This document shows positions 37,529-45,315 of a stretch of DNA of 64,000 nucleotides, in pieces (the stretch's first letter is position 1; each line of letters opens with the position of its first letter). The notes beneath the pieces are model-generated. The model saw only the letters and a program-made list of their open reading frames with translations, made no database searches and had not been told where the DNA came from. Source of the DNA: an uncultured Candidatus Saccharibacteria bacterium (GTDB lineage Bacteria; Patescibacteriota; Minisyncoccia; Phycocordibacterales; UBA918); contig CAZRNZ010000001.1 in assembly GCA_964601615.1 (NCBI GenBank), forward strand, positions 7,658 through 71,657, written 5' to 3'. The position numbers and the translations under genes are program-made.

Positions 37529-39847
37529 TCAGTCCCTTTTAAATAATTCATTTATTTCCTCCCTGCTTCCTTCAATTATGTCCCTGTGGCTATCTTCATC
37601 AGCAAAATCTTTTGCAGATTCTTCCATCATCTCTAAAGCTCTATCAGCATGGTTATCACTCATTCTGTCTACGATTGTGGCTACATTGAAAGATGTCATG
37701 TCTAATACATACCTGCGTTCGGAATCTATAAAATTTTCGTTGATCGCTTGTTCAATTTCAGAATTGATGGAATATGTGTCAACTTCGTAGTCATCTGGAG
37801 CTATAAAATCAACATATTTAGTGTAATCAATATCTAAATGATCTTCTATATTATAAAGAATATGATCTTCATATAGCAGAGCAAGATGCTCTGCTATATG
37901 TTTATCTTGTATCTGTCTATCATAAAAGTATCTAAATAAATGCTCAAAGTCGAGATTGTCTATATTACTATTTAGATAAGCCCATAAAAAGTCAAATTTT
38001 TCTGGCACAAATTCTGTTTCAAAAAAAGATAATATGTAATAAAGCTTGTAGAAATCAATTAAGTTTAAGCTCTGTGACTCTTCTTTTTCCAGTGTGGTCA
38101 GACTAGATAAAACTTCAATTATTTTTTCACTGGCAAGATTATTTTCATCGCAGTGTATTAAACATACAAGCCAATTCCAATCTTTCTTAGCAAGTTTACT
38201 TTTATATAACGATTCAAATAAATTTTTCTGTAAATATTTAAATTCTAAATCAGTAATATAGTCATTTCTTTTTAAAGATTCTAAATATTGGATGGATTCA
38301 ATATTTGACAAGGCAAACAATAATTTATTTATCTCAGACTCGTTATTTTTAAAATAATTCTCAACTATATAGTCTCCAAGAGATGGATTAAAAAGAATGT
38401 ATTGAAATTCGTTTTTATCAAAAACTTTACTCCTACTTAGAAGTGAATCTAAAGCTACTTTAATAACGTAACTAAAGGAAGCTTCGTTATCAGAAGAAAA
38501 CTTATTGTAGTTACAAAAAATATCAAAAGAATTTCTTAGGTGTGATTCACTTATTTTTCCGTTATTAAATGCGACTAATAAAACCAGGGTTTTTGTACAC
38601 CTGTCTAACTTTTCGAAATAGTCCTCCCAAATATCACTCGGGTTATCAAGTTTTTCTTCTATGTAGGTAAAATAATCATTACTTTTTATTTCAGAAAACT
38701 CGACCCTCTCTTTTTCTAAAATGTATTCGATTATTCTTGGATTGAAATTACTATGATTAATAATCTTCCAATACTTTTTTTCAAGGTAAATTTGATCAAC
38801 ATAGTCAGGGTCTAATTCAGAAAAATACATATGTTTATACAATATGCGTGCTTTGTCTATCGGTCTTAGGTTTTCGATTTGTAGTACATATTCACTACCT
38901 TTAATATTTCCCTTCTCTAGGGAAGGGAATATTCCTCGTGCCTTATTTATGATGGTGGTGCGAGAATTTAATATAAATTTAAGTTTCTTGGATCGCGCTA
39001 CTCTGTCCATAAATAACATAATTTGGGAAGAATCATCTCCTTTGGAAATATCCATAAAATTTTCACCAAGAAAGTCATCAAAATAAAAAACTATGTTACA
39101 TTCTTGATTTGCTGACACAATATCTTCAGCTTCTTTGATGTTCCTGATTGAATAGAAAGAATATCCATTCTTTACATATGTAAATGCAAGCATATTTGAT
39201 AGTGTTGTCTTTCCAATGCCTGCTTCTCCAGTGATTACTACAACATTCTTTTCATCCAAACGTTTTCCAGCTTTATCAAAATCTTCAGTGTAAACAAATC
39301 GAACAGAATTTTTCTTTATATTCTCAAGTAGAAAATCACTTTGTCCTTGCAGTCCGCCAGTAAGCGCATTTGCAATTGTCTGCCCTAAAATCTTTTTCAG
39401 AAGAATCTCTGAATATATGTATAGCTGTGTATATTTTTTAACAATGTCAAAATTCTCTTCTTTTGAGAGAAAACTCTGTATATCATCGAACCCCCAAATA
39501 TCTTCCACGCCTTTAATGAAGCCGTTCATAATAGATAGCATCTCAGCTTTTTTTAGTGGAGTGACTTTACCAGAAGTCATAAAGATATACCTTTCAGGGT
39601 TCAGGGCTTTGACTTTGTTCGTTTCTAATTTTAATGCAGATATAATACGAACAGATGTCGCGTCAGGATAATGCTTCGCCTGTATTATTACACTTTGATT
39701 TTCACCCACCCAAAATCTTCCATCGATACCGCTGTCTTTTCCAACGGTAAAACGTTCAACTCGTTTACCATTCTCTTTCTCAATGATGTCAGCACACAAG
39801 TTTTCAAATTCTCTTGAATCAAGTCTTTTAAGATCGTATTCGGTCAT
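37529..39847 (-). CDS. Mrr-type PD-(D/E)xK nuclease domain fused to a NACHT-like STAND P-loop NTPase, with a C-terminal alpha-helical region (Avs/bNACHT-like antiviral protein).
   Basis: N-terminal 'GKDSGIDGRF...VIIQAKHY' Mrr_cat-like motifs. Walker A 'ITGEAGIGKTT'. Walker B 'IVFYFDDFLGE'. NACHT 'TSR'-like 'ILNSRTT'. Long helical C-terminus. Confidence 0.65.
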   Translation of the reverse strand: MTEYDLKRLDSREFENLCADIIEKENGKRVERFTVGKDSGIDGRFWVGENQSVIIQAKHYPDATSVRIISALKLETNKVKALNPERYIFMTSGKVTPLKKAEMLSIMNGFIKGVEDIWGFDDIQSFLSKEENFDIVKKYTQLYIYSEILLKKILGQTIANALTGGLQGQSDFLLENIKKNSVRFVYTEDFDKAGKRLDEKNVVVITGEAGIGKTTLSNMLAFTYVKNGYSFYSIRNIKEAEDIVSANQECNIVFYFDDFLGENFMDISKGDDSSQIMLFMDRVARSKKLKFILNSRTTIINKARGIFPSLEKGNIKGSEYVLQIENLRPIDKARILYKHMYFSELDPDYVDQIYLEKKYWKIINHSNFNPRIIEYILEKERVEFSEIKSNDYFTYIEEKLDNPSDIWEDYFEKLDRCTKTLVLLVAFNNGKISESHLRNSFDIFCNYNKFSSDNEASFSYVIKVALDSLLSRSKVFDKNEFQYILFNPSLGDYIVENYFKNNESEINKLLFALSNIESIQYLESLKRNDYITDLEFKYLQKNLFESLYKSKLAKKDWNWLVCLIHCDENNLASEKIIEVLSSLTTLEKEESQSLNLIDFYKLYYILSFFETEFVPEKFDFLWAYLNSNIDNLDFEHLFRYFYDRQIQDKHIAEHLALLYEDHILYNIEDHLDIDYTKYVDFIAPDDYEVDTYSINSEIEQAINENFIDSERRYVLDMTSFNVATIVDRMSDNHADRALEMMEESAKDFADEDSHRDIIEGSREEINELFKRD

Positions 39848-39878
39848 ATGTAATATGTTTTACAATTTGCCAATTTTA

Positions 39879-42092
39879 TTATGGCAATAATCCACAAACA
39901 TCAGTATATAATTTTTTTAACTCATCAATGCTCATATCAAGTATTGGTTCATACATAAAAGAATTGAGATGAATGTTCTCTGGAGTCATAATATTTACTC
40001 TTTCTAGAATAATAAGGGCATTTTTCAGACTATCATCTCTCACAGAATCATCTTTATATCTTTCAAATAATTCTCGCGTTTGGTTAACTGAAATTCGACT
40101 TCTATCCGTAATTTTAGCCAACATGTACTCCTCAGCTTTCTGTCGTATTGCTATAGCAAGAATAATTTTATTTTCCAGATTAAACTCCTCATCTCGTATC
40201 GTAGATGCTACTGTCAATAAATGCTGATAGACAATATCTGTATCAGCAATAGTTGCATCAAAGTCATCCCTGTCTATATGCTCTTTAAAGATAAGTTTCA
40301 AATCAGAAAATGTAATATTGCCTGTGTTTGTTTTAGAGTGTAGTAAACATGTTAAAGTGCTGAAATCATCACCGTGAGCAGTTGAGCTGAGAGATCTTCT
40401 GCTGTATTCGATTAGATTTCTGACAAAAGGAATCAAGGCCAAAATATGCTTTTTTGCATCGTCAGCTGTGAAATCTTTATCTTTATACTGTCCACTTTTT
40501 AGACAGTTCATCCAAGTTATAAAGGGTGGATTTTGATACACTTCTTTGATGAGACTTATCCCGTCAAGAGTTTTAATTGCGTGTTTCTTACAATCTCTTG
40601 AAAGACCTAGTCTGCTAGTTATTGTCCTGTAGAAGTCAAAATTGTGAGTAAGGATTATTGAGTAGAAATTACTACCTTTATTGAGGTCATTTAGATATTC
40701 AACAATTGCATATTTGTTTTTATAATCAAACGAATCAGCAATGTCATCAATAATAAAAACAGTTTCTTGATTTTGTAATTGTCTCGATTTAATTTCAAAA
40801 ATAACATTAAGTAAGTAAAAAGCCCGTCTCTCTCCCTGACTTAGGATATTATCTACCATTGTCTTACGTTCGACCGGCTTCCCTTGGAATGAAAAATCAA
40901 TAGCAGGTGTTTGATTGTTTAAAACAGCATCTGCTTTATTATTGATTGCTATCTTAAAAGGTACATTTGCAAATCGGTTTTCAAACTCACCAATAGCTGC
41001 TTCCCATGCTGATTGACCATCTTTAGCCTTTTGGATTATTTCCTCTAAATCTTTTTCTTTGCTCTTGTATAAATCGACCAATACCTCAATACTGGGTGAG
41101 ATCTGTTTCAAGAACCCAAACCATACCTCTCTTTTAAAATCATCGTAATTTACTAACTTTGCAAGAATCTGTTGATTCTTCTTTTGAGTGATAACTTTTT
41201 TAAAGGCCCTTAATGTTTTTGTTTTATCTAGCTTTTTCTCAATTTCTTGAAATAACTCGCGTAATTTTTCATCATTAAATATCTTTTCAACCTCTTCATT
41301 TAAAATTATTGAAAAATCTTCAGACTTTTGAATTTCACCATGTTTTTTCAGTAATAATTTATGTCCCGTGTTGAAATACTCATCTCCCTCTAGGGATGAA
41401 TTTAAAGATTTTGCCTCAGTGGTACCAAAGATGTTTTGGGCATTTTTACCAAAAAACTCAGAATCACTCACGAGTTCCTCATATTTCTCTATGTAGTTTT
41501 GTAATAGCTGAAAGTTCTCACTCAAAAAATCCCGTACCTCATTTTTTGGATCAAACACATCGTTGTATTTAAAATCAAAAAATTCTTTTGCAGATTTAAT
41601 CTCTGGCAGAGTTGTCTCAAAAATCTCAAATATGTTTTTCTTTTTTAGATATGAAAAAGCATCATTGATTTCTGCCTCGTAGTTACCACTACCAGTTATT
41701 TTTTTAAGTCCTGATAGTGTAGCTTTTTTTTGGGAGTCAATTTCTTTGTATATTGTTAGATATTCTTTTCGGGTTTCTTCATCTGCTAGAAGTGTAAGAA
41801 CCTCTTCAGAATTAAATGCTTTGTCGTTATAGGGTTCAATGACACAAATATTTTCTGGCTGCACAGGTATTCCGTCTTCTCGAAACACATCAAAGGTAGG
41901 CATTAACGAGGTATCCATTTGGTCGCATGGTTTACTTTTTGACGAAATATCTTTGAATGTTTTGGCAAAGGAGGTCTTCATTACTCCGTTGGCTGCATAA
42001 ATAGCGATAGTTTTACATTTTGAAAAATCAAACTCACCTTCAAGCTTTTTTATACCGTAACAGTTTTCAAATTTAATGGCTAATTTATTCAT
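39879..42092 (-). CDS. PrrC/RloC/AAA_13-like ABC-type ATPase with a degenerate Walker A, a long coiled-coil insert, and an uncharacterised C-terminal domain.
   Basis: N-terminal 'IAIYAANGVMKTSFAKTF' resembles the AAA_13 'IYGRNGSGKST' P-loop, with the second Gly replaced. Walker B/D-loop 'VFIIDDIADSFD' lies about 410 aa downstream. The intervening region is Lys/Glu-rich and helical. Confidence 0.55.
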   Translation of the reverse strand: MNKLAIKFENCYGIKKLEGEFDFSKCKTIAIYAANGVMKTSFAKTFKDISSKSKPCDQMDTSLMPTFDVFREDGIPVQPENICVIEPYNDKAFNSEEVLTLLADEETRKEYLTIYKEIDSQKKATLSGLKKITGSGNYEAEINDAFSYLKKKNIFEIFETTLPEIKSAKEFFDFKYNDVFDPKNEVRDFLSENFQLLQNYIEKYEELVSDSEFFGKNAQNIFGTTEAKSLNSSLEGDEYFNTGHKLLLKKHGEIQKSEDFSIILNEEVEKIFNDEKLRELFQEIEKKLDKTKTLRAFKKVITQKKNQQILAKLVNYDDFKREVWFGFLKQISPSIEVLVDLYKSKEKDLEEIIQKAKDGQSAWEAAIGEFENRFANVPFKIAINNKADAVLNNQTPAIDFSFQGKPVERKTMVDNILSQGERRAFYLLNVIFEIKSRQLQNQETVFIIDDIADSFDYKNKYAIVEYLNDLNKGSNFYSIILTHNFDFYRTITSRLGLSRDCKKHAIKTLDGISLIKEVYQNPPFITWMNCLKSGQYKDKDFTADDAKKHILALIPFVRNLIEYSRRSLSSTAHGDDFSTLTCLLHSKTNTGNITFSDLKLIFKEHIDRDDFDATIADTDIVYQHLLTVASTIRDEEFNLENKIILAIAIRQKAEEYMLAKITDRSRISVNQTRELFERYKDDSVRDDSLKNALIILERVNIMTPENIHLNSFMYEPILDMSIDELKKLYTDVCGLLP

Positions 42093-42098
42093 ACATTC

Positions 42099-43190
42099 TT
42101 ACCGCAAAAATCTAATCTGCAAATTTAGTTTCATTCGCTGTTCGCGGTTTTCTTCATAGATTTTTCCAAACCTATGACGAATAGTACTTGGTGTATCTAG
42201 TTTTGTATTGTGAAAGAGATAGTCCTCAAATTTGTCGCGGTTATAAAGATGGTAACAGACAATATCACCGTCTTCTTTCACAACAATGTAACCACCGTGC
42301 GCTTCAGTGTATCCATCCCAATCTTTACTCGGCATCATTCCCAGGGCGATACTTGATAGAAAACTTTTTATGTTCATCACTAACATTTCTTTAGTGAAAT
42401 CAATCTGCTCCATAAAGGTAGTATCGTTGGCAATCTTATCCATCAAATCCTTGATGGTAGTTGCTTCTCCCATGTAGTAGTGTTTCAGCATCTGAGCGAC
42501 AATCTTGGGGAATATCGAATCAATTTTTCGAAGGTTACGCCTAAAAATGTCGTTATCCATTCCTATATACTCAAGCTTTGCGCCCACATCATAGGTTAAT
42601 TTTGCAGCATCTCTAACAGACAAGTTGTTGCTACTTTCCACGGGTTTATTATCTTCAGTAGCAATTCTATATAAAAAATTAGTTGCTCCAGATGCATTAA
42701 GGAGAGTTGCGGGCGAACCGAGCATTGATTTGATACTAAAACCTAGCTCTGGAAATTCAGGAGACTTCTTATCATGTAAAACAATTGTTAAGTCGGCCTT
42801 TTTGGCACTCGACGCACGCATTTGGGTACAATAGAGATCGTTCATTGATTCTGTCGCACTTGCAACCTCAAATGTTGTTCCTTCTGAGTTTTTAATCTGT
42901 TCAAAAACTTTAGCAACGCCACCCTTGATTTTTTCCAAATTTACCACACCTATCTCCTCATTTTCACTTGAAATAACAACCAGTCCATCGTTTTTGGAAA
43001 TGTCGTACTCCCTCTTTCCAACTGCCTCCTGACGAATAATTTTCAAAACAATATGAAAATTATCTTCAAGTATTTTTAGATTTTTATCTGCTGTAAAAAC
43101 TTTTCCATCAGTCAAGATTTTAATAAAGGCATAGAATTCAGACCATTCTCCTTTATTGCCTTTGAGAGTTGTAGTAATTTTATTTGTCAT
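42099..43190 (-). CDS. Type II restriction endonuclease, HpaII-like (predicted CCGG specificity).
   Basis: N-terminal 'KGNKGEWSEFYAFIKIL' recalls the RE_HpaII family. Size is about 360 aa. It overlaps by 11 nt the upstream M.HpaII-like methyltransferase gene. Confidence 0.5.
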   Translation of the reverse strand: MTNKITTTLKGNKGEWSEFYAFIKILTDGKVFTADKNLKILEDNFHIVLKIIRQEAVGKREYDISKNDGLVVISSENEEIGVVNLEKIKGGVAKVFEQIKNSEGTTFEVASATESMNDLYCTQMRASSAKKADLTIVLHDKKSPEFPELGFSIKSMLGSPATLLNASGATNFLYRIATEDNKPVESSNNLSVRDAAKLTYDVGAKLEYIGMDNDIFRRNLRKIDSIFPKIVAQMLKHYYMGEATTIKDLMDKIANDTTFMEQIDFTKEMLVMNIKSFLSSIALGMMPSKDWDGYTEAHGGYIVVKEDGDIVCYHLYNRDKFEDYLFHNTKLDTPSTIRHRFGKIYEENREQRMKLNLQIRFLR

Positions 43191-44847
43191 ATTTTTCTAG
43201 GGTTTCAATTATTCTTTCCGCAACTGCTTGAATTGCTGGGACAGCAACAGAGTTACCAAGCTGTTTCATCGATTGAACACTTGATACCTCTTCTGGAAAC
43301 TCAAACCATTTGGGGAATCCTTGCATCTTCAAGCCTTCTTTAGGTCCAATCTGCACAACTTTTCCGTCCACACGATACGCGTCCCAATTTCTGCGGTCAT
43401 TAATACTACTGCCACGACCCCCAACACGAAGGGTAAAACCAACATCTCTATCGCATTTACCGCCAAATATATCTGACATGGTGTACTTCAACTCTTTTAC
43501 TGGTTCTGGAAATTCAAAAGGAATTGTATTATCACGAAAACCAACCATAAACAAACGCGGCCGATGTTGTGGAACTCCAAAATCTGAAGCTTTTACAATT
43601 TTCGCGTGGAATGAATACCCAAGATCTTCTTCGATAATTCGTTTAATTGTTTCAAAAGTTTTTCCGCCATCGTGAGCATATAATCCACGTACATTTTCAA
43701 GAAAAAACGCTTTTGGCTGCTTTTCTTTCATTATGCGAACTACATCAAAAAACAACGTGCCGCGCGCTTCTGCAAAACCTTTTTTGAAACCTGCTTGTGA
43801 GAATGGCTGACAAGGAAATCCGCCTGTGATTATGTCAAAATCAGGCATTTCTTTTTCGTTGACCTTTGTTATATCTCCGACAAAATTACCACTTCTGAAC
43901 ACGTCGGGTGAAACTTTGTAAAAATTATGTCTATATGTACTTCGTGCTGGTTCATCCCACTCCGAAACAAAAACGCATTCAGCGCCGACATTATGAAATG
44001 CAACATGAAAACCACCGATACCTGCAAAAAGGTCGATGAATTTATGCTTTGTTTTTGTCAGTGGTTCTGGTGCTTTATCGTTGACTCCTAGAAAATACAT
44101 ATGACGTGAATCGACAAGAAGGCCAAATAGTGACCCTTGATTACCTTCAGCAACATAATCAGTCGCTTTCGGTTCCATTTTTTGTAATTCGGCAAGAATA
44201 CTATGTACACCTTGTTCAGCAATAATAAGAAAATCTATGACGTTTATACCGATAATCTTACCTGCTTCAATAATTCGGGCAGCAACCTGTTTGTCTTCGT
44301 TACTCGGTGAAGGGTCACCAGATGGGTGATTGTGAATAACAATGACACTAGCAGCATGTTTCTCAAGTCCAGGAGCAAATACTTCTCGCGGATGGATAAT
44401 ACTTTTGTCCAAAGTGCCGATAGATACAATTTCTTTATGTACTAAAACACTTCGAGCGTTGAGGTAAAGACAAACCAAGTGTTCCTTTTTTGCTGTTTTG
44501 AGTTCAGGAACCAATATCGCAGCATCAATGGCAGACAACACCATATGTTCCTCTTCGCCGTTATGTTTGTCATACATACGTCGCGCCAGGGCAAACATTG
44601 AAGCAATTTGCAATGCTTTGACATCTCCTATTCCAGAAATTTGTTTCAAATCTTCCACGGTTGCGTCCATTAGATTATTACCAAATTTTCTGGATATTTT
44701 TTGAGCAAGTAACTTGACGTTTGTGCCTTTGATACCACTTCCAAGTAAAATAGCGAGTAGTTCACTGTCGGTGAGAGCATCGCTACCTTTTCCAAGAAAT
44801 TTCTCGCGTGGTCTGTCGTATTTTGGTGTATCTTTGAGTTTAGCCAT
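43180..44847 (-). CDS. Fusion protein: an N-terminal RadC-like JAB/MPN domain joined to a C-terminal DNA (cytosine-5)-methyltransferase (M.HpaII/Dcm-like).
   Basis: Residues 1-250 carry the HhH 'LSDSELLAILLGSG' and JAB motif 'IVIHNHPSGDPSPSNED'. Residues ~270-555 carry motif I 'FIDLFAGIGGF', motif IV 'GGFPCQPFSQAG', motif VI 'FFLENVRGL', and 'GNSVAVPAIQA'. The reading frame is continuous across both parts. Confidence 0.8.
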   Translation of the reverse strand: MAKLKDTPKYDRPREKFLGKGSDALTDSELLAILLGSGIKGTNVKLLAQKISRKFGNNLMDATVEDLKQISGIGDVKALQIASMFALARRMYDKHNGEEEHMVLSAIDAAILVPELKTAKKEHLVCLYLNARSVLVHKEIVSIGTLDKSIIHPREVFAPGLEKHAASVIVIHNHPSGDPSPSNEDKQVAARIIEAGKIIGINVIDFLIIAEQGVHSILAELQKMEPKATDYVAEGNQGSLFGLLVDSRHMYFLGVNDKAPEPLTKTKHKFIDLFAGIGGFHVAFHNVGAECVFVSEWDEPARSTYRHNFYKVSPDVFRSGNFVGDITKVNEKEMPDFDIITGGFPCQPFSQAGFKKGFAEARGTLFFDVVRIMKEKQPKAFFLENVRGLYAHDGGKTFETIKRIIEEDLGYSFHAKIVKASDFGVPQHRPRLFMVGFRDNTIPFEFPEPVKELKYTMSDIFGGKCDRDVGFTLRVGGRGSSINDRRNWDAYRVDGKVVQIGPKEGLKMQGFPKWFEFPEEVSSVQSMKQLGNSVAVPAIQAVAERIIETLEKYDK

Positions 44848-44854
44848 ACATTGA

Positions 44855-45079
44855 TTACTTCAAAAGTTTGTCACTTGTGACTCCAAGCGCTATAGCAATG
44901 CGTTCGATGGTAGCAAGTGTCGGATTGCCTTTTCCAGCTTCAAGATTGCTAATGAAAGCTCTGTCGCACTTCAACGCTCTGCATATATCGCCTTGAGACA
45001 TACGCTTATCCTCTCGAACACGTTTCATATTTTTCGCTAGTCGTTTTGGTGCTTGTTGCATATCATTTCCACAGTGCAA
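44855..45079 (-). CDS. XRE-family HTH transcriptional regulator (controller-protein-like). The start is probably the ATG at 45061 rather than the TTG at 45079.
   Basis: HTH_3 motif 'RMSQGDICRALKCDRAFISNLEAGKGNPTLATIERIAIALGV'. It ends 7 nt before the methyltransferase gene. Confidence 0.7.
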   Translation of the reverse strand: MHCGNDMQQAPKRLAKNMKRVREDKRMSQGDICRALKCDRAFISNLEAGKGNPTLATIERIAIALGVTSDKLLK

Positions 45080-45081
45080 TC

Positions 45082-45093
45082 ATTATACAAGAA
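45082..45093 (-). promoter_or_regulatory. Extended -10 promoter (TGTATAAT) of the defence operon.
   Basis: The minus-strand sequence reads cttgTATAATgattgcactgtggaaATGatATG, about 20 nt upstream of the regulator's ATG. Confidence 0.4.
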
Positions 45094-45315
45094 TATTGTA
45101 TTGTGTGCTAATGATTTATAATACAACAGTGGTACAGAATTGGATATTTCTTTGGTTGTGGGGCGAGCGATAGCGAAGCACATCAAACCCCATGAGTATA
45201 CAGAAGTACAAAGCCACCACGCGCCTGGCGCGCCCTGCTTCGGTGCAGAATAGCGATTTATTTATGAGCCTTCTCGTGATAGAACCAAATGATTTCATTG
45301 CCTCGTAAGGTCATT

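Noticed and set aside
37529-42092. Lamassu-Mrr assignment (LmuB SMC-like ATPase plus LmuA-Mrr) for the ABC ATPase and the Mrr-containing protein.
   Set aside because: The Mrr protein carries its own Walker A/B NACHT-like NTPase, not a DUF3732-type domain. The ATPase has no recognisable SMC hinge or zinc hook. A PrrC/AAA_13-like ATPase plus a STAND protein fits better.
45116-45298. 60-aa minus-strand ORF between the HTH gene and the GGCT-like gene.
   Set aside because: It spans the promoter/operator region and the GC palindrome. It has no RBS and its composition is atypical.
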